64,000 nucleotides of DNA, taken from Coniocarpon cinnabarinum. Its lineage: Eukaryota. The stretch spans positions 124,001-188,000 of the forward strand of contig JAVECO010000017.1 in the NCBI GenBank assembly GCA_051942205.1, read 5' to 3'. The notes below the pieces were generated by a model. The model ran no database searches. It was not told the DNA's origin and was given only the letters and a program-made list of their open reading frames with translations. The position numbers and the translations under genes were made by a program. Positions 11,906 through 23,692 of the stretch are shown piece by piece (positions within the stretch are counted from its first letter, which is position 1; each line of letters opens with the position of its first letter).

Positions 11906-12400
11906 ATGTCGCAAGATCAGGCTACACAATCGCAAGCCGTGCTAAACGATTCTAGACAAGATAAGTCTCATCTGCTGAAAATTTTGCAATCCGACTTCAA
12001 TGCCATCACCTACCTCACACGGGTCATTCGCGCCGAATTTGCTCAGGACAATCAGCTTCGCCATCAATACCAGGATGAATGCCTGCAACAAGAGCACCAA
12101 GCGCAGGGTACTGGGTCCTTGGGACTAATAACGTGGTTACGGTGCGAGTACGGCGAAGTTTTCGGAGTCGAAGAGGTCAACTTTGAGAGCTCAACAGAGT
12201 TAACTCTGGTAGATATAATGTTCAAACTGCTGCGTGTCTCGGGCGAAGAGGCTGAGGACATGCTCCGAGACAACCGCGAGCTTGCAGAGGATGCTGAAGT
12301 AAAAAAATGGAGGAACAAGGTGATTAACATGCGCGTACGTCTCGTTAAACACATGACAGGAAGACGCCCGGATTCGGATTCTGATGCAGACGAAGATTAG
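11906..12400 (+). CDS. Orphan 164-aa helical protein with acidic tail (island member 3)
   Basis: Intronless ORF from ATG 11906 ending DSDSDADED; no recognised family. Confidence 0.55.
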   Translation: MSQDQATQSQAVLNDSRQDKSHLLKILQSDFNAITYLTRVIRAEFAQDNQLRHQYQDECLQQEHQAQGTGSLGLITWLRCEYGEVFGVEEVNFESSTELTLVDIMFKLLRVSGEEAEDMLRDNRELAEDAEVKKWRNKVINMRVRLVKHMTGRRPDSDSDADED

Positions 12401-12419
12401 TTGGATGACGATACATTGG

Positions 12420-13594
12420 GTTATTGGATATAAGCTTTAGCCCAGCGGTTGGGATGAGCGATGGAAAAGCTGACAGACTCGCCGCATGCAGAGCCGAGTC
12501 CATCATATAACGTAGCTTCAAGTGAAAGCAAAATTGGGGTGCTTGATGGAATTCTCGTTTGAGAAGCGACTATACGTTTTTCTGAAGCAGATTCTGATCG
12601 CATCAGGGCGAGAAAGTCATAAATGTTCTCCTGTAACTCGTGCTATGACTTTCCATGCACGAGAAAACGCCCGCTACTCCGGTAGCTAGCGTTCTCGGGG
12701 TCAGGAGTTGGGCAACGTCAACAGGACCTGTAGCTCTTCTCGGTGTTGCAATTCGCCCATTGCTACTGCTGCAAGCTCGTTGAGCGTGATTTTCTCCAGA
12801 TTGTGGCGTGCATGATTGCCCTGTACCATTGATAATAAAGCCACTGGCGCCCGTGTCGGACGAAGAAAGTACAGCCTGCTCAAAGGTGACATTACGAAAT
12901 CCAATGGAAGGTCCAACATCTAGGATACATTCGACGGCAAAACTTTGCTTCAGGGACTGTTGGAAGGCTTTGTCATTCATTGCATTAGCAGTTTGATTGG
13001 CGTATTCACGAAGCGATCCATAAGCTATTGCCGCTTTGCCGACCAATCCGGCATTGCACATATTATATACATTGGCTGCCTTTTGCTGTGGATTCACAGC
13101 GAGATTGACAAAGTGGCTCGTGCAGCCATCTGTCACAACACGCATCTGGTGGGCGTTTGCTTCGACGTGTCCGTTGGTGCGACACCTGACTGGATTTGTG
13201 GCAACGTTAGGGACGCACGCGTTCGAAGAGTTGAAATCGGTGCTGCCCCTCTGAAGCAGGCTTGCAGCACCAAAAGTGAGACCGAAGCCGTGATAGGTGC
13301 CCGTGGAAAAAGGTGTACCAACTGCATCTTTGGTGACGGGTATTCCCATGATTTTGCGCGGCGGACTCGGTCCGTGTGAAGGTGGCCATGCTGCTCTTGA
13401 CCTTCAAAGATATCTCGCAGCCACAAGTTCCTTATTAGGCTGACCGTGAACAAGATAATGAGCGAAGCTATGATCGTCGTAGCTCCTGTATAGATCGTCC
13501 GCAGGCTCTTCAAAAATACGCGTGAAGATTGTATGGGAATTGGCAATGGGATGATCAATACCAAAAAAAGTACGACAGCTGCTTGCAGAAGCAT
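12420..13594 (-). pseudogene. Frameshifted relic of a fungal membrane protein gene
   Basis: A hydrophobic N-terminal ORF (13133-13594, two TM-like stretches) shifts into the Cys- and N-glycosylation-site-rich ORF 12603-13349 near 13350 with no evident intron, and fragments continue toward 12420. Confidence 0.45.
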
Positions 13595-15337
13595 AGCGAA
13601 ACAAGGTGAGTCTCAGGAGGGGAGTGTGTCCTCATCGAACAAGTCTGTGGTTAAGTCATTCCTTCTTTTGTCTATGTGGGTCAGAAGGGCCTTCGGACTT
13701 GAATTTTCGTCCATCTCAAGCGATTCTCTAGGGTCCATGATTCGCAGCAACGTCTCTGACTTTATCAGGACTTTGTGTGCCTGGAAAGCCTGTCAAGGAC
13801 GCCAACGTCAGCATCAGTTGATCGATAACTTATCGACGGAAATGCTGTCTCCTGGATTGAGTCGTGCAAGAAGCTCTGGCTGTCATGAAGGGTGCAACGC
13901 GAAGACGAGAAGGTGTCCAACCTTTCAAGGTCCTGCCTCAGACGTGTAGGGACTCCCGGACGAGAAAAGAACAGTGGCCTGGGCTGAGACCTAACGTCTG
14001 CACAGGGTTGAAGTGCTCGCACATCTGCCCCTTGGTAGGAACAAGACGGGGCCGTTGCAAGCACTGCTAAGCCGCCCAGCAAGCGAATGCCACAGCAAAT
14101 TGAACATCAGCCTGCGCACACGGCAAGATGGCATACGCCTCGCAGTCTGCATTTTCCAAGAAAGATAGAAAAGTTTTGCAGCGCCATTCAAAACGAATGC
14201 CATGCTATTGGTCAATGAGGGCGCCCCGACTGGACGCCTACAAGCTCAGCAGGCTCTTGGCATGAAAAGTATGCAGTACATACCGCTTCATGTCACTCTT
14301 CAATCTTACAAATGCCTGACGTCTTTTGGGGTACAACACGTGCATTAGCTGCGTAGAGGGTACAAACCACATCTCGCGGGACTGTAAAGCCCATTCCGGC
14401 CTGCAAAGCCGTTGGGACGTTGCCTGCGGGTGTTGCTGCGGAAAAGGATCCAACAGTGTACGTATCTAGGGGACGGGTGGCGAGGGACGAGCAAGCAAAT
14501 GAAACAGCTTTTAACAACGCTGTCAGCAAGCCTCAATGGCTTGGCACGTCAACGCCATCGCTTTGCAATATCGATTGAGCATCATGTTTCTTTGAAGTAC
14601 AATGTACGACACTGACTCATGTCAAGAAATCGCCTGGCTGCCTTAAGACTAAGGCAAGCAGAAAGAGGTAAAATTTATTACTTGGTGGCGTTCATACAGC
14701 GTGCTGTCCTCCTTCCTTTACGCTTTCATTAATAGCAAGAGGAATCAAAACGAAATTCAGTCCTCGAATCCTGAAATGCTGTGCATGTGACAATGTCCGG
14801 CTATTATGATCCACTTTTAGAGAACAAGCGCGATCCTATTAGCAAGCAGACTATCGTCGCTTATCGATTGCACATCAATGCATTTCCTTCAGAGGGCTCT
14901 CATGGTCTTTTTACGAGCTATGCAAAGCTTTGACCGCAGCGCTTACATTCATGAGAGCTGTTCAGAGTGAAGCCGCGTAGTGCTGGTGCACAGGTGGTTA
15001 GGTATCTCTGATATGTAAGGTTGATTGTACAAGTGCGTCGAGGTCATGATAGTCCCAAGTGCAGGGCGTCTGGTGTTTGCACTTTCAAATCATGATGCAT
15101 GGATAACTTCCTGTGTTATGCAGGGCGATGTCTATAGCGCTCAGATCCTCAGGCTTTAACTTCCTGAACCTCTATGCATCTCACTTAAAATTTGCATGAT
15201 AACACATTCACTCCAGGTGAGACACTGAAGCTCCGAGCCTCGCTCCAGACCACCGTAAATATGCATATATTAGAGCACCACGCAAGTCTTCTTCCTGTCA
15301 TTTCATTCAAACCATTCATACCTCTGAATTATTGAAA

Positions 15338-15925
15338 ATGCCATCGCGAGCAGGCATGAAGCGTAAGAGAACTGGGCCAGCAACGGCAAAAGAAGCAAAG
15401 GCATCGAAAATTAATGAAGCCGTCGGGGTGCCGGCTTTGGATCCACAAGTCTTGCATGGACTCTGCGACTACCTCGAGGTTGTCCTAAATCTACAGAAAA
15501 CGTGGCAAATTTTTGAAGACCGCGAGAGTCATATAGCCAAATGCTCGGACACCCTGCCTCCAAATGCTGATCAGCGCCTGATTGCATGGAACGAGGTTGA
15601 AATCTATGGCAGTAAACTCAACTTTCACAGAGAAATCGAGGGAATGGGGCTGAGTTCGAAGGAGCTATCGACCTTGGTCAAAGATATGATGGCGTCCGAA
15701 GGGGGCCCCCATGACACATCCAAAGAAATTGCGGTGTATCTTGGTCGTGACAAATACAAGAATCCTGTGGACAGATTTCGCTGGCTGCGGATCAATGCCA
15801 TCTGGGAGGCTGGACGAACGGAGATGTCTGACGGATTGATAGAAATGCAATCTGCTCGTGACATGCAGCTTTACCAGGACGCAAGGAAAAGGTACGACGC
15901 GTTGCTTCCATCTCGCAATTCCTAA
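15338..15925 (+). CDS. Orphan 195-aa protein with NLS-like KRKR (island member 4); possibly truncated, frame continues to 16117
   Basis: Intronless ORF starting MPSRAGMKRKRTG; 63 further sense codons follow the TAA in the same frame. Confidence 0.55.
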   Translation: MPSRAGMKRKRTGPATAKEAKASKINEAVGVPALDPQVLHGLCDYLEVVLNLQKTWQIFEDRESHIAKCSDTLPPNADQRLIAWNEVEIYGSKLNFHREIEGMGLSSKELSTLVKDMMASEGGPHDTSKEIAVYLGRDKYKNPVDRFRWLRINAIWEAGRTEMSDGLIEMQSARDMQLYQDARKRYDALLPSRNS

Positions 15926-16337
15926 ACAGATATCAGAGAGGCGGTCCGAACCTTGCAGCAGCCCACAACAAAGCTCGAGCAAGCAGGCGAGATGTCACAA
16001 GATGGCTGGGTCAAGAAATTGATGGACCTTGAGGCGCGTATACTTGGTGGTGAAGCAACACAATCACTAGCTAGCATCGGTCACGCCATGAAACCAAGGG
16101 AGCTGGTGCATGCCTGAGACATGAATGCATCGCATCAGCTGTCTAGTCTCTCCCTTCAACAACATCTAAACCCAGCCCATCCACTGTATGTAGACTTTGG
16201 AACTCCACGTCCAATTTTACGAATCGAACCAGCATGAAACATCCCAGATGCCAAATCGCCAGGCCTGACCCCCAGCCTCTCTCCAAATCCCTGCTCCTTC
16301 CCCGCTTTTCGCCTGCTGCACCGAAACCGCGTGACAA

Positions 16338-16978
16338 CTAAGCACCGACGGCCTGCTTGATGAATTGCGCCGCCTGCCCAGTCTGCGACGCATAACTCAA
16401 ATGCGAGGCGATATTGACACCCTCGCCACAGACGGGGTCTCCGATCTGGCAGAACGTCTTGTAGTGCTCAGGTGCGCAACCCTGGGGCGTGCCTCCCTTG
16501 AAGGGATCACCGAAGGTCACAGCAGCCGCAATCGGCTTGCCCAGCTGTCTCGCCGTCGTGTGGACGAGCCATCCGCCCTGCGAGTATCCCGAGAGGACAA
16601 TCTTCGTCTGCGGGCAGCTTGCTGTCTTTTCTTTGATCTGGTTGAGGTACGCGGTAGTGCCGGGCTGCTGACCGCCGGGGATGTCGCCGGAGACACCTGC
16701 ACTGTAGGGGATGGGCGTGTAGGACATCTTGGATCCAAGGGCACTTTTGAGGTTCTTTTCGAGAGCGGGGCCGACGACGACGCCGTTGACGCCCGGGTCG
16801 CCGGTACCACGAGCATAGAAGACGGCAACCTCTGTAGGGATTGTGAGCTTGGTTCCGTTTTGACGAACGATCACTATGAATACTTACCGGCACAGCCAGC
16901 GGCTTGGCGCTCTTCGAGCTCGACAGGTGCTGCTGCTGCGAGTAATGGGAGAACAATGGATGCAAGTGAGAACTTCAT
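16338..16978 (-). CDS. Secreted cutinase (CE5); intron 16832-16887
   Basis: Signal peptide MKFSLASIVLPLLAAAAP. Spliced sequence GCA|EVAVFYARGTGDPG, nucleophile motif GYSQG, then FGDP, GDPVC and HLSY. Confidence 0.93.
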
Positions 16979-18543
16979 GATGTCTACTGGCGTCGACCAG
17001 ATGATTTCAAGTCGATATGATTTGGAAGATACAGTCTAGCTGCGAGAAAACGAGAGGTCCGAACGAGAGACTTTGAAAAGAATGTGTATCAACGAGCGGA
17101 TAGGTGTTGTCAAAACACCAGACTGCAGCTCTGCAAAGGAATTGTGATTGAGTGAAAGAGAGATAGACGTTTCGACGAGCGACTCAAGGCTTATGTAGAC
17201 GTGAAGTATGACCACAGCTCCGCTCGAGTCTACGGGCCTCGGAACCAAGGGTATGATGGGACAAACAGCAAGGAACTTGCATATCCGCACGGTGACAGGA
17301 ATGACCCAGTGCACACTTTGCGGCGCATGTTTCATAAGCTTGCCTGGATGACCCAGACAAAGGTAGTGGAATTTGACAGAATTCTCATACTTGTGCAGGT
17401 TCTCTTCTCCCTCGGCAACGTCGAGGCATCCATCGAGTACAAGAGCAGGACGGAAGACTACATGACCGACCGGGAATCGGGACAGCCATGGTTGTTGATG
17501 GGCATAGGCACCTTGACAGCCGGGCTGTGGGTCGATGCGAACAAGCGAGGATTGAACGGGTTTCAAGGTTGAAACCAGGAATCAAGGAAGAAGACAGGCG
17601 AGTACTCCGTAGATGAGGCAGGCATGGGGATGTTTTATGCACATCACACTAGGAAAAGCTTGGCAACCCTGGCGGCGGCAGGCATCCCCACCGTGCCCTA
17701 ATTTCAGGGCAGGGTTCGGCAATGTTGGGGCCTCAAGATCGTAGGAGCGCCCACCCGATACCGAGGTCCTCGCCACCAAAATGCCAGTCGTTACATCTCT
17801 CGCGATGCCTGCCTTTCTCTCATGACCGCGCAATATCGTTGCTGATCACACTGCATGAGACTCCCGGCTGCGTGGACGATGCACCTCTGCGACGAGACGT
17901 CGAGTCTTGCGTACGCCGTGTCGAATACATTCCAGGCGCCTCGCTTTCTCCACAAGCTTTGCAAGGAGAGCGAACCTGGAATTGTTCTTCAACGTCAAGA
18001 AATGTCGGCGACCACTGCTGATCAACCAATATCGGAGAAAATGATCGAGTTGCCAATGATTCTGTACCAATTATTTCCCATTGTTGTCTTCTCAGGAAAC
18101 TAGAGACCAAGGATAAGTATCCAATAATCTGCCCAACGCTCAGCGGTATCGAGTGGCCCGCTGTACACAATGTTGCATTGTAAAATCCGCCACATTGTTC
18201 GAGTATTTTGCGTCAAAAAATCTCCAGAACTCTCTGATCGATCAGCCCGAAAACCAAACATTCGCGTAGGCTCATCCTACAGCACTGGTTACTGTCAAAT
18301 TCCTCATCATCGTCGTCAGGTAGAAAGTGTGCAATATAGAAAGCACAAGCAGAGGTGCCCCTTAGACATTATTGCCCGCTAATATGCCTAGCGCCATTGC
18401 TTCGTGTTTCTCGAAAACAAAACAGTCTTGTAGAAAAGGGATGTCACAACTTCTGCTGGGAATGTTACCAACAACACCCACAACACCCACAACACCCACA
18501 ACTACCAATACTCTCATCAACACGTGACACCTACAACAACAGG

Positions 18544-19059
18544 ATGAATACTACCACCGCCCCCACCCACAAGGATGACTTCAACATCATCGACCCTCTG
18601 AAGCCACCAGCTACCAAATCCCTCGGCAAGGTTGCTTCCGAGTCCAGCCTCGGGAAACTCTACACGACCACCATCAAGACCAAGCTGCAGAACATTCAGC
18701 AGAAGTTCGAGTATTTCCGCCGCTCGGGCCTATGTACGATGACTGAGGCGGAGATCCGCGCCGGTAACGTGGCCCGAGACTTCTGGTTAGATTGCGTCAA
18801 CCAGGCATGGGCTGCTTCTAACGCCGGGGACGACGAGGCCGCAAATTGGTGCATTTCCCAGCCGCAGCCTGAAACGACCGAGTTCGACGGTCTTCGACAA
18901 CTTCGCGAGCGCTTCTTGCCCGTGGGGGAGGCCATGGCTGCTGAAGCAGCTACAGAAGTCACGACCCTACTCGGGGAAATCAAGGACAAGGACTTGTGGG
19001 AGCGCGCGAGGGATCTTCGTGACGATCTCCTCTTCTATGCTGATGGCTGGTGGTGTTAG
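18544..19059 (+). CDS. Orphan 171-aa helical protein (island member 5)
   Basis: Intronless GC-rich ORF after a leader with CAACACCCA repeats; ends LLGEIKDKDLWERARDLRDDLLFYADGWWC. Confidence 0.65.
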   Translation: MNTTTAPTHKDDFNIIDPLKPPATKSLGKVASESSLGKLYTTTIKTKLQNIQQKFEYFRRSGLCTMTEAEIRAGNVARDFWLDCVNQAWAASNAGDDEAANWCISQPQPETTEFDGLRQLRERFLPVGEAMAAEAATEVTTLLGEIKDKDLWERARDLRDDLLFYADGWWC

Positions 19060-20411
19060 TGCTCGAGGGAGAGGGCAATCACCATGTCCCTGTCATGTGA
19101 GAAAAAAAATGAGAACTCCACCTCTGCGCGCTGATCATGCAGACGATTGAAGACAGAGCACTGATTCAAGTGACGGCACTTATCCTGTAAACGCCGAAAT
19201 GCAGTACTTGATTGAAGATGATACTCACAAGAGCGGCAAGCTCATGTATCTAGCAATTGTGTCTTCAACGAGCAGCAGATAAGCTCTACATGTACCATCC
19301 GCGAGTTCGCAAAGAAGGACGTTGCCACGACCAAAAGTAATCTTCATCTTTCATTTTGCAGTGTGATACGCTTTTCTTTCTCTTAAAACTTCATTGTTGT
19401 TTTATTTTGTTCGAGTATTTTGCCAGAGAAGGAGATAAGAGGGTTAGGTCAGTCATCAAGGGAACGACCTCGAGTCGCCTAGCCGACGTCATAAGCACAG
19501 TGCCTCTACGAGCCATAGCGCCAGTACTAGGGTGGGACAAGTGACCTCGAATGCTTGATCCTCTTAAGACATCTACAGCCTAGCAGTAAGAAATGCGTCA
19601 AGTTGAGAAAAGAGACCATTGAAATTTACAGTATCACACTCAACATCTACGGCAGACGATGGGTGAGATGAGAGATTATGATGATGAGATGTTGAAGATC
19701 AGCCATTAAATAGCTCGGAGGAGTAAGAGGTTGAAACGGGAAGGTGAGCAGCAAAATGCGACCCGTCACAATGCATCGACAGTGCTTGTACTTGACTTGT
19801 TGGAAGCATGAGGCAATCGTACTAATGAATTTGCTGCAAGCGGTTTTTGAGCAGGGTTGTTTATCGATTTTTTTGTTTGTTCAGGACAGTGATGCGAGAT
19901 ATGCAAGGTAGTTTTTGAAGTGGCGTTGACTGTATCTACGAGCGGTCTGCGCACAGTCCTTAGCATGACCGAGATTAGCTTTTCTTTTCAATGAAATCCC
20001 GCGTTGGTCATTTCAGGATCTTGGCTCAAGGTCTTGACTGTGTCTAGCAAGAGCGTCATTAAGAGCACCTCCACATGTATTATTGCGGTCTTTAGACCTA
20101 CATACCGGAGCGACCAGCTCACAAGCAGATATCTCGAGCCTGAAGTTGACGATGACATGGTGCGCATTGGAACAGCGAGAAAAGCTGGACTATTGTGTCC
20201 CTTAATATGCTCAGGGGACCGAAAGCCACTTTCAGCTGGATTGGATGCATTCTTCGAAAGCAGATTCGTGCTCTTATGTGTGCATCTCCTGGACCAGCGC
20301 GCTGGCGATACATCATCCATGAAAGTCTATTTCAGACCTCGAGCTGGCAGATAATAGGACTTCAGGAAAGCCGATCTATTATCTAGGGCTTGCGCTTGTC
20401 CCGCGAAGCAG

Positions 20412-22120
20412 TCAGCCTGCACTATTGACAGTATGCTTTTTGCCCTGCTTTACAAGCCAGCTAAGCAAGTCTACCTTGGTTACTACCGCAACTGGAGTAA
20501 GCTCCTCTCCGTGACGCTCCGTAACGACAGCCGCACTGTTCCACTCGAAAAATCTGCTCAACGCACTGAGTGGTGTGTTCATCGTGATTTCAACGAACTC
20601 CTTCCGCCTCTTCGCTTTGGATCCTGTGTGGCTAGCAGCGTGTGCTAAGCTAATGTCTCGCGGGTCGCCAATCACCTCGTTGATCTTTCGAAAGTCGAAC
20701 ATCACTTCTGAAACCGGCGTGGTTGGGGAAGTTCGTCCTGACGACAAGTACGATAATAGATTTCCCAACGTCAGAAGACCTACCAGACGTTTGGATAAGG
20801 ATGAAGCTTTGACAGGGAGTTGATCAAAGCCCTTGTCACGCATCACCTCGACTGCTTCGGCGCATGGTGTCAAGTCAGTGACGGTGCTAATGGGCTTCAG
20901 TCGTAGTGTTTTGACGGTAGCGCCACGGAAGGGATCTTTGCTGACATCATTGGTAATCGAAGATGATCGAGTCCTACTAAGGGTGAGGTTAGCGATATCC
21001 TCAGGTAAGCGTCCCTCTTTGTCGGCAGCTGGATGGTCGACTGGGGACAATGGTGGCGTTGGAGGAAGCAGGTCATTTGCTGCTAGCCAGTCGTCGTCAA
21101 CAAACTTGCTCAAGTAGCTGCGGATGCTGTCAGGAAGTATGACAACGATCGTGTCGCCTCGACCTAGGTGCAAGTCTTTAGCAGCTTTTACTGTCGCCGC
21201 CATTGCACTTCCCGAACTCCCTCCTACTAAAAGACCTTCCTCGGCGATAAGCCGCCTTGCGTACATGAAGGATTCCTTGTCGTTGGTTTTGTACCAAGTA
21301 TCGACACCATATTGGTCGAGAACGTCAGGGACAAAATCATAGCCGATGCCCTCTACTTTATAGGCCACGTTGGCATGCGATTCATTCAAATTTGCTGGCA
21401 CGGCCAATACCGAGCCCTGCGGATCAGCTGCGACAATCTTGACATCTTTCTTATGTTTGCGTAGCCCACGTGCTAGACCCGTAATTGTGCCACCTGTGCC
21501 AGCTCCTGCTACGAGGCATGTCACTTTCCCTTCCGTTTGCGTCCATATTTCCTCGGCTGTGCCAAATTCATGAGCTTTGGGATTGTCTGCGTTGCCGTAT
21601 TGGTCCAGAATATGCGCGTTCGGCAGCTCTTTCTGCAATCTTCTCGCCACACCAATATGTGACTCTGGGCTATCAAAAGCGGCTTGTGTGGGAGTTCGGA
21701 TGATTTCTGCGCCTAATGCTCGCAAGACGGCGACCTTTTCAGGACTCATCTTCTCTGGTAGAGTAATGATAACTTTGTAGCCCTTAATCGCGCCAATGAG
21801 TGCGAGTCCAATGCCCGTGTTGCCACTTGTAGGCTCGATCAAGGTGTCGCCAGGCTTTATCCGGCCACTGCGTTCTGCTTCTTCCACCATCCGCAGCGCG
21901 ATTCGGTCTTTGACGCTTCCGCCAGCATTGAAGAGCTCCACCTTGGCATAAACCTCCGCCTCGATACCTGTTATGTAGAGTTTAAGTATGAAGTTGTAGC
22001 AAGAGACGCTTGAGACTAACCTAGAGCTTGAGGTATGCGATTGAGTCTCACCAGTGGCGTATTGCCGATCTGCTGAAGGATTGACGACATGACAACCGGC
22101 GGTATGGCTGGCTTCGACAT
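20412..22120 (-). CDS. CYS4: Cystathionine beta-synthase; intron 21968-22020
   Basis: Spliced IGNTPLVRLNRIPQAL|GIEAEVYAKVELFNAGGSVKDRIA (PLP lysine), EPTSGNTG and GAGTGGT, followed by a C-terminal CBS domain pair. Confidence 0.96.
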
Positions 22121-22412
22121 CTTTAAGATTGCAGTGCTCCAATTTGACTATGGTGTAGCTCACGAGAATATAGAGCTTTGGAAACAAGTGAGTGGATTCG
22201 AGATGTCGAGCACCTCGCACAAGGCAAGACTTGTCGTTTTCGCTTCCGGGTCCGGTATCTAATCGCCGGTATGTCCAGAACAGTACAGGTATATGGGCAC
22301 GAGGTAGTTGTGCGTCTAGCCCAGTACCTGCTACGTAGAGGCAAGCGTGAATCCGAAGAGTAAAGCTGCTGTTCCATGCAAATGTTCATGCTTGCCGTCC
22401 ACAAGGACATTC

Positions 22413-23294
22413 TCAAAGATTTTGTCCGATCCAGGTCCACCAAGCAGCTGTGTCCGGCTCCGCGCCTTGGACGCTACCACCAAGCACTTCCACAGGCACG
22501 TCGTACTCTTCCATAAGCTTGAATTCAAATTTGCCCTCGCCGGCGCCACCCAGCACCTCTCGATCGTCTTGGTCATTGTCATCCATGCCCACGCCCGAGT
22601 CAAGTAGCCCTTTTGACTTCGTGCTCCGCAAGCGCGTAATTTCAGATTCCAAAGTGCTCTTGACAAGCTTTGCGGGAAGTGCTGTAAATAGGTCGAGCTT
22701 GTTTGCGGCCACCATGACGGGCATCTGCGCAACCCCTCTGGAAGACTTGGACCTGGTCTGTCGAGTCTGAAGAGTCAAGAGGATATCGTGTAGGTACTGA
22801 GCCGTTTCTGTGAGCGCTTCAGTGTCTTCAACGTCCGCTGACAAGGCGGCTGAGTCGACAACAAAGACAATGCCCTTGAGATTATGTGGCTTGGACATGC
22901 TATCCGTTGCGTATTGACGGAGCTTTCCATGGCCCGGGGTGTCGATGAGGAGGAATTCCTTGTGGACTTTGTTGGTGGGATCGTTGACGGAACGGAACCT
23001 GTTCGAAGCTGCGACCGTACCGAGTGGCAGGGAGCATCGCACTGTGAGGGGAACCTGGGACGTGTGGGTTTGTGCTGCCGCGCCTCGCTCGAATAAGGTC
23101 AGAAGCGACGTCTTTCCAGCACCGCTGGGGCCAATGAGGAGAAATTCCGGAAGCTGGGTAACGGTCCGCCGTCGGTAGAGATACATATGAAGAAATACGG
23201 GCAGGGCCGTTGCGATGAGGAAGGTGACGATGACGGTGATGGCCGTCGGCTGGAGGGCCATAGTCGCGTAGTGCTGCCATTGATAAGGCGCCAT
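22413..23294 (-). CDS. SRP102: Signal recognition particle receptor beta subunit
   Basis: N-terminal TM helix followed by small-GTPase motifs GPSGAGKT, DTPGHGKLR and ANKLD. Confidence 0.92.
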   Translation of the reverse strand: MAPYQWQHYATMALQPTAITVIVTFLIATALPVFLHMYLYRRRTVTQLPEFLLIGPSGAGKTSLLTLFERGAAAQTHTSQVPLTVRCSLPLGTVAASNRFRSVNDPTNKVHKEFLLIDTPGHGKLRQYATDSMSKPHNLKGIVFVVDSAALSADVEDTEALTETAQYLHDILLTLQTRQTRSKSSRGVAQMPVMVAANKLDLFTALPAKLVKSTLESEITRLRSTKSKGLLDSGVGMDDNDQDDREVLGGAGEGKFEFKLMEEYDVPVEVLGGSVQGAEPDTAAWWTWIGQNL

Positions 23295-23692
23295 GCTGCC
23301 AGTATTTCTGTGTACAGTGGCCACTGGCCGCTGCGCACGTTGCTCTGGAGGTGAAGAAGAGGTCAAGACGAAGCTTGAACGAAGAGAAATCAGCAACAAC
23401 CTCACAGGGGCGATTAAATCGAAGCTTGGGCCGCTTTGTAGGCGCAGCGTCTGGGGTAAAAGGCGCCCCCAGTTAGCGCCTCCGAGCCTGCGGGACTAGT
23501 GACTAGGGTTGTCTCCGGCCTGAAACTCGGTCGCCTAACCCTGACCTACCGTGCCTATTACTCGTCGACAGTACGCTCCGCCTCGACTTCTCATCCCGAG
23601 TCTCGCCTTGAGCTGGCAAGGCCATTAGAGCCTCTGCCAAGTGCAATCAGACACCCGATTCTCCCTGAAAAGCGTTCTCCGCATACATAATC

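Noticed and set aside
17036..18170. Several 100-176 aa ORFs upstream of the cutinase
   Set aside because: No recognisable motifs and no shared array motif; insufficient support.
19766..20386. Short ORFs downstream of CYS4
   Set aside because: No coherent spliced product or motif was found.
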